A DNA stretch of 64,000 nucleotides from assembly GCF_032062105.1 (NCBI RefSeq), contig NW_026929693.1:62001-126000 (forward strand). Reading direction: 5' to 3'. The translations under genes and the position numbers were made by a program. Below the pieces are notes generated by a model. It was not told where the DNA came from. It did no database searches and saw only the letters and a list, made by a program, of their open reading frames with translations. This document shows, piece by piece, positions 12,289 through 25,750 of the stretch (position 1 is its first letter; each line of letters starts with the position of its first letter). The DNA comes from Saccostrea cucullata. Its lineage: Eukaryota.

Positions 12289-14405
12289 ACTTGGGACAAA
12301 GAGAACATGCCCTCTACCAGAAAACCGCTGGTGGCAGCCATTGATTTAGGTACCACCTACAGCGGCTATGCATTTTCCTATAAACATGAATACGAAAACG
12401 ACCCTTTGAAGGTCAGCTTCTGCAACTGGGCAGCAGGCTCCCGGAGTCTATCGACCCTAAATACCCCCACCTGTGTTCTGTTCAATAAAGACAGGGTGTT
12501 CGACTCGTTTGTTTACGAAGCAGAGAATAAATATTCAGAACTGGCAGAGGAAGAGGAACATGAGGAGTGGTATTATTTCAAGAGGTTCAAGATGTCTATC
12601 TTTAACAGACAGGCAAGTTCATCTCTTAATCTGTGAAAATTGATAATTATTTAGAGTTAAGATTTTTCTTAAGGGGCCGGGAATTACTCCGTTTATAATG
12701 ACGTAATCCTCTGGGTATTCTTGTATTTCTTATCAATATTCTGTTAGGAGAGGAACCCTTAACTAATTTCTACTTGCTAATGTCCCCTGCTATTTCAATT
12801 CTAAGATACAGCCCTATTTTAAGTAAAGGTAGAAAGATAATTAAAATAGATACATTTGAGAAAAATATGTATAATGGTATTGGTAGAAATTTAAGGGTTA
12901 GAATTTGAAAAAAAATATATTAATCATGTTTGTAGTTTTTTGTGCATTGAAGATTCGATTTCGTATTGATCCTTTTTAATTAGCAGACTGAATGTCTTAA
13001 AAATGGTGAAGATGTTGTACATATTTCTCACAGGAACCACTTTCAAAAGCCATAAAAATAAAATCTATAGATGGGAAGGAGATGGTGGCTTTGGATGTGT
13101 TTTCAGCGGCCATTAAATTCCTGAGGCGTCACCTATTACATACTCTAGAACAACGAGCCGCAGGGATAAGAGAAACTGATATAGGTTGGGTCTTAACAGT
13201 ACCTGCTATCTGGGACGATCTTGCCAGACAGTTTATGAGAGAGGCGGCAGTTAGGGTATAATTGAGCTATACACTAGTTAAGGGTAATGTTAGCAACCTC
13301 AAATTAGATTTATTTTTGTTACAGATATTTTCATGAAATATATCTTAAGATTTCAGGGGGCCGACTGGGGTTTCCATTGCACAATAGTTCGCGCATCAAA
13401 GTCAAATAAGGCGTATCTATTCTTTTAAAGCACCCTTTCTTTCACAAAATAAGTAACATCTAACAAAATTAAGAAATTACGCGTTAAAAAGCTTTATTAC
13501 AATTTTATTAACTGATTCTAACAGCGATTTTTTAAATTATAGATTGAGGTCGTCATAGTGTGTTTGTGCTTTTAGGATAAACTGAAGTTTTTAAGAGGGG
13601 GTCATTAAGATGCCATAAAAGCATTTACTAAATTTATTTTTAGAATATCATTGACAATTATCTTCCTATTTTTGGCATAAAACTATTCTGTATCATATTT
13701 TGTAGTACTTCATAAAAACAGGAAAATATCACTTATTTTGACATTTTGAGATGCCTCCTCTGGAAAGCAGACGATAGCATTTTGTGTTTCTTCTGTTTAA
13801 TGTATATCATAATATTATTCATCACGTTTTATAACTTGAGCAAAAAGTATATTGTTGGATTTGTATAATTCGCTCTGAAGACCGAAAATTGTCATATAAC
13901 CCTGTACCTGTGGTCTGAGACGGTTCCCTAAAAATATCCAGACGGTAAATTTTCCCTAAATTTTGCACATATACTGGAGTCGATTTAAGTTACATATGGT
14001 AAAGAATTAAAGATTTCTATATTGTTGTTTTCACACAATGAAACCTCAGTTTGCTCTTTTTAAATTTTTTGTAACTTTAGAAATGTAAAGAACCCCGAAA
14101 ACTAAAAATAACTAATTTGCAATGAAAAACCACAAACCTGAGTTTAAAAAAGTACACTGTAGAGTTTTAATTGAGGATGCAGTTTGAAAACATCTTTTAA
14201 GAATATATTTGTTTAAGGCTTGCTGAGATGTTGATTTTTGTTTAGTCTGGAATAGCCGGGGACCAGTTACTGATAGCACTTGAGCCTGGAATGGCCTTGT
14301 TATACTGTAACCATCTTCCCATAGAGAAACTGAAGTCTGAGGCGGGCGTCCAGGGATTTGGTGCCTTTTCCAAGGGAAGCAAATACCTAATTCGGGATTG
14401 TAGAA
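12289..14405 (+). pseudogene. HSPA12: HSPA12-like gene, exons 12289-12612, 13034-13255, 14246-14405; final exon missing
   Basis: LVAAIDLGTTYSGYAFS, WVLTVPAIWDDLARQFMREAA, LLIALEPGMALLYC and YLIRDCR, with in-phase splice sites (first donor is GC). Eroded motifs (ALEPEAA-type to ALEPGMA, DCGG-type to DCR). No downstream GGTVD exon. Confidence 0.85.
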
Positions 14406-14430
14406 GTAAGTTTTTGTTTAAATACCCTTA

Positions 14431-14690
14431 GGCCAGGCAAAGTGAATTCCTTTGGTTCTCAGACCTTTTCTTCAAGAAATATGATGACTGAGGGAGGCAT
14501 ATTTTTTTTTTCTTTTCGTTGCCCCAAAACATAATGAGGCAGCTTTTTATATAGTACAAAACCTCAAAAAATGATGGGGGGTGTGATTTGTTGTTTTTAT
14601 TTTATTGATTTACCAATAAAAAGGGTCAATGAGGCACCCTTGGAAGAGATTAGGGAGGGCCTGAGAATCAAGAAATTATTTTTTTTTGCC
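14431..14690. mobile_element. MITE, PIF/Harbinger-like
   Basis: tta|ggccaggcaaagtgaattcctttggttctcagacc ... ggcctgagaatcaagaaattattttttttgcc|tta: imperfect TIRs with TTA flanks. Confidence 0.5.
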
Positions 14691-16163
14691 TTATGTATAG
14701 CACACCTGTTATATTATTATTACAGCATTCATCAAAAACATCTGTCTTACAAGTCAAGTGTTTCTAAAAAATATTTACTTATTGTATACCATTAGACTTC
14801 CGGAATTTTTCTATCAAGATTAAGGATTTTTTTCCTTTAATTAACTAATGTTTAGCAAAGTGGTTGAAATAGATTAAATCCATCCAGTCTCTTGATATAC
14901 TGTCAGAATTAAACAAAGTTTATAGAAATATATCTGTTTACCCTAATCATGACACAATGATTTAATAAGGATAAGCATATATGTACAGTACAATCTCTTT
15001 ATCCCAAACTCGATAGGACCAAAAATAAACTTAAACTATCCTAGAAATTAAGATATCAAATGTAAAATATTTAAATAAAAGTGATTGTGACATCAAAATT
15101 GCTTCGACCTATCCATGTTCGAAATACAAAAGTTTAAATTAATTGTATATAAAATATACACTTTCAGTTTTCTATCCTTTCATTCCCTTTTGGCAATCTC
15201 TGCCTTATACTTTTCGCATGTATTTTTTCAAATACTTTTTTTGTTTGCTATGATACAATGTATGGGCACTGCCTTTAAAGTTGGGTAGAGTTTCAGCACG
15301 ACTATTTTTTTTATTATGTACTTGTAACCGAGCAGGAAGACAGAATGGGTTTTCGTCATCTATTTATCTGTTTTAAGACAAAATAAGGCATTTACCTATA
15401 ATAACAAAGTATAAGCCAAAATGACAGAATACTGATACAAAAAATATGAAAATACATGTACGAGAAAAGGGTGAAAAAAATCACTAACCGTAAATGTTTA
15501 AGGAAAAAAATAACTATATAAAACCACATGTACTAGCACTGTATCAATTTAAATGAAAATCTTGCAGAATCAATATTATTTCCGTAAAGATACACCCTTG
15601 ACTGCAAAAATACAAAAGAAGTAAAACGTTCGGAATCTTGTGACATCTAATTCCAGATGAGCAAACAAACTTTCGGCTAATAAAGTTTTCATTTTATTTT
15701 TCTAAAAATGATATGAAAAAAAAATAAATGAGAAAAACGAATAAAAATGTTTAAAATTAAATGTCATAATATCAAATATAGGCACGAGTAAAGCTTAAAT
15801 CAATTGCATAAAATAAACAAGGTAAACTTATGTATAGCTCTAAAGACCATGTGTTAGGCAAAACAGTGTGCTGGCGACTAATCATTTTCTTGTTTATTAG
15901 CAAAACTTAAGATTCTATAGACTAGTGTTTTCTTGCTAAGAAAGAGTTCATCTCTGCCTTGCAAATAAGAGGTGTCGCGAAAATTGATAAAAAACTAAAA
16001 AAAGTGATCTACAGTATTCAATTTTTCCATGCATGACCAAAAATGTTTTTACTTTTGTATTGATTTTGTGTATCAGTATGAGATAAAAATTAATTCAGCA
16101 ATTGTTTCATAATTCAAATGAATTTTACCTTTATCTTCATTTTGAATTATTTTAAAAGCCCCT

Positions 16164-19100
16164 ACAAAGTGTTCTCATTAAACTAGAAATGGGAAGATCT
16201 GGAGATCTTCTCTTATTTATGATTTCAACAACTGCTGCATTGTCACAGTGAAATAAAATTCTTTTCTTGGACCACATATCCCCCATAATATGGCCGCAGT
16301 CACAATAGGATAAAGTTCTCTGAATGCTATCGAGATGGGTTGTTTCAATGTTATGGTTAATTCCTGTGGCCAGGACTCCGAAAACCATCTGCCTTGAAAA
16401 TAACCTCCAAATCATAGCATCGAAGAAGCGTCAGTATACAGTTCCATATCTGCATTACTTGTTAGATTTCTTTCGTAGAATACTGATACACCATTCCATT
16501 TCTCTAAGAAGACTAACCACATGTGCAGATCTTCTCTGCTTTGTTTTGAGAACTTTACATAATGATGTAGTTTGTTTTCTGTTGTGGATAAAGCTATGAG
16601 GTAGGATGTAAAGGCTCTGCCCGGTTGTATCACTTTGACGGCAAAGTTGAAATGGCCCAGTAACTGTAATAATTGTCTTTTTGTTACTGAGGACTTTTTC
16701 AAGAAGTCGGTTATAAAAGATCTAATCCTATCAATCTTTTCCAAGGGCAGTCTGGCCTTTATCTTTTCTGTGTCTAATATGATTCCCAAATATTCCAAGC
16801 AATTTGTTGGACCTTCTGTCTTCTTCAATGAAAGGGGGATATTAAGCCTCTTAATATCGTGCAAATGATAGCCATCGTTCTTTCACTAATATATCCTGGA
16901 TTGTCAATTGTCAAAAAGTCCTCTAATAAGTGAAATATATTGGAAATTCCATAGTTATTGTAGGCAATCCATACTATTGCTTGTGACAAATGGTCAAAAA
17001 TTTTTGGTGAACTTCTGCTGCCGAAAGGTAAGCGGACAAAATAATAATATTTATTTCTCTATTTAACGCACAACAAATGCCACAGTTCTGGTGTCACTGG
17101 AATAAGTTTGAAAGCATCACTAATATCGGTTTTACATAGAATTGCATTTCTTCCAAGTTCTTTGATCTTGTTAATGGCGTCGTCAATTTTCACATATTTT
17201 AACGAGCACTTTACTTTGTCTATCAAGTCATTGATACTATCCACATCTTCCTTTTGTTGAGGAGAAGACAAGTCCAAAATTAAGCGTTTTTTCCCCGAGT
17301 ATTTGCCTGTTGCAAGACCCAATGGACTTACTCTGTAAGTAGGGAATTCTAAACTGTCAAAAGGACATTTAACAAACCCTTTCTGTACTTCTTTCTCCAG
17401 GAGTTCATCTACTGTACTTGGATCCTCCATTGCAGATTTTAAATTTTTACACTCAAACGATGTGTCCATATGAAACTCATCACCGAAAAAAATATCAAAA
17501 CAAGATTAAAGACCATGAATTATGTAATTACGAATTCTTTGTCTGGGTGATTTTGTAATTCATGTTTTAATTGTTCAATGTTGATAGGAGTAGTGGCTTT
17601 AGGCTGGTTCTCTGAAGGTAGTCACAAGCTTTGATTTTGCTTTTTTGTCTTGGTCGTCTCCGAAGTTGCAGTTTTGCCTGTCTCTTGCTTGGGACATTTG
17701 TTATTTTCCATGTCCAAATGAAAAACAGATTGCACACACATGGGCTCTCCTACAGTATGGCAGTGCACATCTGTTGTAATTGAAATTGTTACATACCGGT
17801 TGACCCTCTACGTAAACAATCTGTCTGTCATAGCGATCTTTGTGACTTGAAGATCTTGTCTGTTTTGCCTTGTCTTTCTCTTCAGATTTTGTTTCAACAC
17901 TGCACATAGCTGTTAAATGAGTTGTTGATCTGCATGTTTCACATTTCCTGACTTCGGCACCAGCTACAACTCGCTTGAGTAGTTCCTCATCCCCTTTGCT
18001 CCAGTTGATGAGCACATGGTTCTGTTTCAGTGCATGCTATGGCACACTTTGCGGATAAAAATTTATGATATTCGTAAAACTTTGAAGGCCATACATTATG
18101 AACCTCAATAATGTGTGCCAGGTATGTGTCTAATTCTTCCTATCTCCAAGGATATGCGTTTGGTGCGCACATAATGCGCTTAAAACGCCCAAATGCAGTC
18201 ACAAATTCGCTTATGCTGAGATTTCGCGAGAGGCGCTTGTCTGGCTTGTCTATTTTGTCTGATGTTGGTGGTAGCTGAGTCTCGTACGCAGGTATTAATA
18301 ATGCACACAAACTTATGTCGTCCCCCTTTAAGATTTTCTTCCTGATGTCAGGATTTACTAGGTCTATGTGCCCTACTTCTTTCGATGGAACCCCTATATT
18401 AACAGTGTTAAGCGTACCTGTGTTTTGAATTTGCAATGAATGGAAGGTGTCGCTCCTGATGTTCCTCTTTCTGCGTTTGTCATTACTTTCTGGAGAGGAT
18501 TCTCTTCAGTCTTTTTATCCTTTTCCAGAAGTATATTTACTGTCTGTTGAAGCGCTGAGCATGATTGCGCCATCAATTGCAAAGTCGAAAGTAACTCTCG
18601 ATTGTCGCTGGCATTATTTACACTTGTACTTCCGCTTTGAGAGGGTTCCCCAGAACTAATAATGGTTTCTGTGACGTCACATCCGCCCAACTCTACTTCT
18701 TCCCGCGAAATCAAATTTGTCTCCTGGCGGTTGTCTTTTTCGAAATTTTCGTAGTATAGTTATCTCAATGCGGTTGCATTAAAACTTTTAGGAACGGAAA
18801 TTCCCATGGAATTGAGTTTTTGTCGTAGTTCTGAAACCGTCCAATTTCGTGGATTGGTCATATCTAGGCCTAATCCCAAAACGTTTTGTTCCGAACTCGG
18901 GCGAGAATCTTCACTTCTCTTTGCGTTTCTATGCGGCATATTGAACAATGTTATTTTCTTCACATCAAATACTTCACTTAGGTAAATGTCACCAAACTAC
19001 TATCCTAAGTACCCAGGAATCAAAATTTATGTAGCACAGACATCGTATCATATTTCAAGCTGTTGAGTTTTCAGTTTCTTCACTAGGGTAACGCACTTAA

Positions 19101-19322
19101 ATCATTAAGTCTCCCACTTCACATCTCGAAAGTTAAATCCAATTTATAGAAATATCTGTCCAAAAACGGAACGTTAAAGAATGTATTGAAAGTATGAAGT
19201 ATGATCAAATCTTTTCTGTGTATGTAAACACAACTGCTGAAACTTCGAAGATTGTAACCTGCTCTGATTGGTTAGATAAATGACGTGATTCTAGTATGTG
19301 GGCTCTTTGAGGGAAATTATTT
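16164..19322 (-). mobile_element. DIRS-order (Ngaro-like) retrotransposon, degenerate and 3'-truncated (tyrosine recombinase absent)
   Basis: Gag-like remnant with terminal zinc finger CNNFNYNRCALPYCRRAHVCAIC; RT motifs RVSPLG, KKRLILDLS, KTDISDAFKLIP, HLLEDFLT and LEYLGIILD; RNase H LYTDAS and FHCDNAAVV. Multiple stops and frameshifts. Confidence 0.88.
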
Positions 19323-19571
19323 ATAGAAAGCCTGTAAATTCTAGATAGAGTTGTTTTGGGTAATAAACTCTGATTATTAACATAATCAATATTTAATGTT
19401 TTAATGAATCAGTATAAAATGTTATATGAGGCTAATAATATATATGAAGTACTTCTAAATTACTTTTGTTTTCACAGACATTAAAAAAATCAATAAGATA
19501 AACAAAGTAGGTAAGGAAAAGATTCTTCCAAGATAAATGTACATTTGTACCTTTAACTTTTTAGATTTAAT

Positions 19572-22500
19572 ATGGATCCCAGCAGGAGTGCACAACATAT
19601 CATCCAATGTGACCTTTGTGAGGATGCTTTAGTACAGATGTACTCTGATTTCTGTCATGTCAATCTGTGCATTCCTTGTAAAGGAAAACATATTTCTGAT
19701 GACTATGAAAAACATAAAGTTGTCCCTTTCCAAAAAAGGAAATCAACATTAATCTATCCTAAGTGCTCAGCACATCAAACAAGAGACTGTGAATTTCACT
19801 GTGAAAGGTGCAACATTTCTGTGTGTTCTTTGTGTACTTTGTCAGATGCACACCAGTGGCATATTATTTCAACTCTTTCTGACCTCTTTTATTCAAAAAG
19901 AAAAGAAATTGAAAAAGACACTACAGAATTAAAAATACAATTTCGCCAACTTATATAGGGGTTTCAACTGAAATAGAAACTCAGTTAGCTGACTTAGATG
20001 GAGAATATGAGAATCTTACAACAACCTTGATAAAATATGGAAAGGAATGGCACAGAAAAATAGATTTAATTGTAGAGAAATTGAAATAGGAAAAATGAAA
20101 ACGAAGCATGAAAATATTCTAAAAGAGCACTTAATTGAAATATAAGAAGATACAGTTTTCAATTGATCAAACAATATTAAACTTGGAAAAAATTTATGAT
20201 TCAAATGAAGAAATACTTGCTATCCAAATTAGAAACAATGAAAATATACATGGCCTATCATTTAATGAGAAAGCTTCAAAAAATATCAAGATAGTCCAAC
20301 ATGCTGATGACTGCACAAATGCATTAAAAGACACCAACTCATTGGCAACTACTCTTAATATTATTCACCATTTTAGTAAAGTTGCTGGTCCGAAACTTAA
20401 TTTATCTAAAACTGAATGTATCTTAACTGGCTCTTTAATTGATGAGTATTGCAACAATAATGACCTATTCGGTGTAAAAATCGCAACTGAAAGTGTTAAA
20501 TCTCTTGGCATATACTTGGATCATAATAAAGATGTGTGCTATGAAAAAAACTGGCTAAGTAAACTTGAAAAACTTGAAAAAATCTTAAGTGTTTGGCGAA
20601 AACGCAACTTAACAATATTTGGAAAATGTACAATAATAAATACTTTAGCGATATCAAAACTTGTCTATAATGCGTTTATTTTACCTAATCCAGATAAAAA
20701 ATTCTTTAAAAGGGCTTCAAAAATCATTTATAACTTTCTATGGAAGAAAAGAGAGAGAATTAAACGAAATACATTGATAGGGTAAAATTGAACAAGGAGG
20801 AATAGGAATAGTTGACATTGAAAGTAAATTTTCTGCTGCAAAAGCTTCGTGGGTAAGAAAAATACTCGATAAAGATACACTCACACACTTTACTTTAAAT
20901 AGTCTATTACAAAAAAGTAATTTATCTATAAATGATATCATTAAAACAACGAGTTGCAATTTGAATGATACAAAATTCTGGGGATTGACTAATTTCCCAC
21001 AGTTTTATGTTGAAGTATTTTCAATGTTTAATAAGTGCAAAAAAATCAAACAAACCAACAAAATTTTGAAGGAAGAATTTTTATCCCAATTTATCTGGCA
21101 CAATAATTTATTCCGGTATGATTCAAAAACATTATGTTTTGAACAATGGATCAAGAGTGGTATATTATATGTAAAAGATCTTTTTGATGAAAACGGTGAA
21201 ATGCATGCGATAGATTACTTTTGGGATAAATTAAAAAGTAAAAACAATATATACTGTGAATATATTATGCTAAAAAAGACACTAAGACCTTTTAAATCAA
21301 GGCTTGATTGCTCCTATGCCAATTATATTAACATTCATAACAATGACTCGTTTTTGTTTGGAAACAATTGTTTTAAGTCGATCAAATCTTTAAAAAGTGA
21401 TTTTTATTATTCTGTTTTAATTCAATCCAAATTTCAGAATTCAATATATGAGAATAAGTGGAATAAATATTTTAACATAGATGATAAATCATTATGGAAG
21501 AATATATACATTTCAAAAATTTGTAATATGTATGACAAAAAGATTGCAGAATTCAATTACAAGCTGCTTAACTGTCTTTTAAATACTAATATAAGTGTTA
21601 GTAAATGGAATAAAGATGTATCACCAATGTGTGAGTTATGTAATGTATCCGAAAATAGTGAACATCTTTTATTTTCTTGTATAATTACATCTTACTTGTG
21701 GAAAAAAAAATTGGTATATTTTTAAAATTTAACGTTTCATGGAAACGCATTGTGCTGGTATTTTATAGTGATTTTTCAGAGAAAACTTGTATTTTGAATA
21801 ATCTTATATCATTTATTTGTTTTACAATCTATAAATATAAAATGAAGAGTCGATTCAATAATGAAAGAATGTCAGAAGAAAATTTGAAATCATATGCTAA
21901 AAATTGGCTTGTTTTATATAATTCTATTGTGAAAAAAACTGGTAAAATAAGAACCAACTTGTACAATGATTTAGCAAACTGTTAATAAAAAAAATATATA
22001 TAATGTAAAAAAAAATATGTGTAGACAATTGCCTATCCAACACATGAAGAAACCAGTCTTCATGTGTGGTAGCTAGGGGTCCTCATTATGGACAGTGCTG
22101 GTGTTGAATAGGACTCCCTTTGCTACCTGGATTAGTTTGAACTTTTTTTATTGTATAAATACTATACAAAACCTGCATTCAATATATATTTATTTATCTT
22201 CCCTTATGTAGTATACAATTTTTGTCTATTGCATCAGTTTATATGTGCTCTTAAAATAATTGCATTAGATTGAACAGATAAATTCGTGAATATAGAAATT
22301 GTTATAGAAAAAAAAAGCAAAATGCTTGTTATATATCTATGATACGTATAATACATTTATATATTTTTTTTTATTTCCTTCTCTATAGAAGCAATATTAC
22401 TACTCTGATATGAACATAAAAACATTAATTGTGATGTATGTTACAATTTATATTCAATATGTTGTATATTGCATATGCTTTTAATAAAGAGAAAAAAAAA

Positions 22501-23529
22501 TGATTCAAATGAAGTGTTGTTGACTATAGAATACAGTTCAGACACCAAGGACTTCAGCAGACTACCACCAAAAGTTAGAGTATCATTACCAGAATTCAGT
22601 TCTAAGACGATCCATTCGGCAAAGTTTTGCAAGTTGTTTGGATATTTATCACCATTATCCACCACAACAGAAGAAAATGGCTACGAGATGAGGAAACCGA
22701 AAAAAGCAACAAGAGTATTGCTAGAAAAACCAAAACTAATCACTACTATTAATACTGGGTACGAAAATCTCCGTATTGCTATTTGTATCAATAACAAAGA
22801 AATCTGGACGAGTGCAGAAGTCAACGAAATGAAATGTTTTAGCATTCAAGGCTTTAAAATAAGGAAAATAAAGTCGAGAACAGGGAAAATGCCAGGTGAT
22901 ATAGCAGTGACAGGTGATTGAGATTTAGTGTACTCTGATCCGATAACAAGGGTTGTAAATAAAGTGAAGAATGGACAGACAGAGGAGGTGATCAGACTAC
23001 AGGACTGGACACCTCTCAATATGTATGTTACCAATTGTGGTGATCTCCTGATTACTATGTACAACGTTTGGAAATCACAAACCAAAGTTGTCCGTTACTC
23101 AGGCTCCACAGAGAAACAAATAATCCAGTTTGATGAAAAGGGTAAACCTCTGTACTCAGGAAATTACAACATTAAGTACATCACTGAGAATGGAAACCTA
23201 GATATCTGTGTGGCTGACTGGGAATGGGCTCTGTGGTAGTGGTCAACAAAAATGGGAAATTCAGATTTAGATACACTGGTTATCCTTCTTCCTCTTTACA
23301 GAAAGATAGATTTGAACCTTCTGGAATAACAACAGATAGTCAGAACCATATTCTGACAACAGATAATAACCATTGTATCCATATCCTAGACCAAGATGGA
23401 CAATTTCTAAGTTATATAAATAACTGTGATCTGAAAGATCTATGGGGATTATCTACTGACAAAAACGACAACTTGTTTGTTGCTGAGTATGACAGTGGAA
23501 ATATTAAAAAAATCCAATATATTGAGTAA
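19572..23529 (+). pseudogene. B-box/B-box/coiled-coil/NHL beta-propeller TRIM-like gene copy 2, disrupted
   Basis: MDPSRSAQHIIQCDLCE...CERCNISVCSLC; NHL-like repeats ([28 protein letters not shown]). Frameshift ~19935, LINE insertion, in-frame TGA at 22919-22921, frameshift ~23225. Confidence 0.9.
20211..22499 (+). mobile_element. 5'-truncated L1/Tx1-clade LINE
   Basis: RT C-terminal half (EILAIQIRNN, QHADD, GPKLNLSKTE, LTIFGKCTIINTL), C-terminal CELC...EHLLFSC knuckle, AATAAA plus A-tail, and 15-bp TSD atgattcaaatgaag at 20196-20210 and 22500-22514. Confidence 0.93.
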
Positions 23530-24023
23530 AAAAATATATGCAGGGAAGGCCTTTAGTATGTGATTTCCTACAGACATATATCTGTTGCAATGAACTGACG
23601 ATGGATTTTTTTTAAATTTAATTTCTTTCCTGGTGGATTTCAAGGTCATGAGTAAAATTCCTTCACAGTTAAAAGAGAAATCATTCCTTTAACAAACATA
23701 ATTTTGAAGAGTTGTATTATGCCGTTAACTCACCAAACGCTTCTTTTGGAAAAATATGTCGACTCCTTATCACATCAAGACAATCGTTGTTGCATTTTCC
23801 AACCTTTTTAATCAGTTGCAAGAAAAATAATAATAAAAAAAAACCAAATAATGTCCCAGTTGAAATCACTTCTTTGGCAATGCTGACATTGGGAACGCCA
23901 AACTTTCCAGGCATTTACTGTTTCGAGATTCGCGGTTATTTTTGTCTGGCAAGCAGTGACTATTTTGAGGATAATCCTTTTTATGTCAGTCAACATATAA
24001 AAAAAATGTTATTAGAATTTTTA

Positions 24024-24790
24024 TTTTTATGCCCCCGTAATCGAAGATTTGGGTGTATATAGTTTTTGTCGTGTCCGTTCGTCTGCCTGTCTCTCTGTAT
24101 ATCGGTCTGTTTGTCCGTTTTTCTGCAAAACTCAAACCTTGTCCATATTTTTTAACTGGGTGGAGTTATAACTTTCATATTTCACATGTATATTCCATGT
24201 GACAACACCTTTTTTGAGTACCAGCAAATTTGACCTTTTGACCACTTTTATACAAGATTTTAAACATTGGCAATAACTTTTGAACAGTAAATAATAAACT
24301 TTTACTCTGAGCGTTTGAACAGTCGATATTAGAAGTTTCATACTTCACATATATATTCCTTGTTGCAATTTAGGCCTTTCGTTGGATACCAACAACTTTG
24401 ACACTTTAAACTTGACCTAGGAGATTTCCGTACTTATAAAAAAACTTTTACCTTGGCCCTAACTTTTGAACGGTAAGGGCTAGGGTTTTCTAACTTCACA
24501 CATACGTAATCCTTGCTAGGGATTACATATACTTCACATATGTAACCCTTGTGACATTAGACCTTTCTTAAGAAACCAACAACTTTGACCTTGGACTTTG
24601 ACTTACCTTTCAAACTTTTTCATTGGCCCTAAGTTTTGATCAGGTGGTGAGGGGGTTTCATACTTCACACCTGTTTTTCTTGTGATAAGACCCTACTTTG
24701 GGAACAATATATAATTTGCATTTATGAAAAGTTTAATCTTCGCAATGTTTGCATACGGGGGCACCTGTGTTTCAGAAACACATACTGTTT
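24024..24790 (+). mobile_element. HINE/pearl-like non-autonomous element (second family)
   Basis: Starts ttttatgccccc, then a gtcc/gtct microsatellite and degenerate internal repeats; ends cgggggca...tgtgtttcagaaacaca hairpin...tgttt. Confidence 0.7.
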
Positions 24791-25179
24791 TAAAAGGCAT
24801 TGAAGAGTAATGCCCCTGTAATCGAAAATGATTGCGTTAAACACAGAGTAAATTTAGCCCCCCCCCCCCAAAAAAAAGAAATTTTGCGAATTAATGCAAA
24901 ATATTTTTGTGTTTAATTGCAAAATTGTTGCGTTTAATCGCAAAAGTCTTGCTATAATCGCAAAAGTTGACATTTTTTACGTAATGTTTTGTGTTTCAAC
25001 GGAATGATTATTGCGATTAAATGGTATGTTTTGCGATTAAAACACAATTAATAATACGTCTTTCCTTGAACTGGGCCTTCAAGGTTTTTTTTTACTCCTC
25101 ACTAAAATATAAAAAGCAGTGGAGGAGAACCTTCAGGATTATTCACAACCCTTACAGTAAACACCAATCTTATTTTCCT

Positions 25180-25750
25180 ATTTCATGTAAAAGTTATTAA
25201 AACTTCAAATTTTTGGACGGGTTTGATTCTCACATCCTTGCACTATCACAAAGTTTGATTTTATTCTTAATATTTAAAATGACAATCTTGTGAGAATAAA
25301 TGAAAAATATTAAAACAACAATCCACAAAATTCAGAGTAGAGATGTTCGAAAGCAAAACACATCACTCAGTATATTGTCATTCCATGCAGTTGTGGTGAG
25401 CAGACTTTAACAATTGAACACACCCGGTGAATCGTAAATATCAACAATAACAGAGCTCGTGCCCTGTTTACAAAAAACTGCGTACATTTCACAGGTGTGT
25501 TCAATTTGCTAAACTCTGTACACAACACTAATCACGAAATGTCGATACTTGTAAAAGGGTCTTTGCTTTCAAATATTTCTACTCTGAATATAATAATTTT
25601 TCTTGATTAAAGTTTTAATATTTTTTTCAACATACACAACAAGAGTCACACTTCTCCTAAATGAATAAAATAAAAATTTGTGAGAGTGCAACGAAGTGTA
25701 AATCAAACACCTCCAAAAATTTGAAGTTTCAAAAACTTTTAGATGAAATA
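25180..25750. mobile_element. Foldback MITE (~570 bp degenerate palindrome)
   Basis: Nested inverted pairs: aaacttcaaatttttgga/tccaaaaatttgaagttt, ttcagagtagaga/atttctactctgaa, attgaacacacc/ggtgtgttcaat. Confidence 0.65.

Noticed and set aside
20135-20785. ORF fusing TRIM coiled coil to reverse transcriptase
   Set aside because: Chance in-frame junction at a 5'-truncated LINE insertion; upstream frameshifts and a downstream stop preclude a product.
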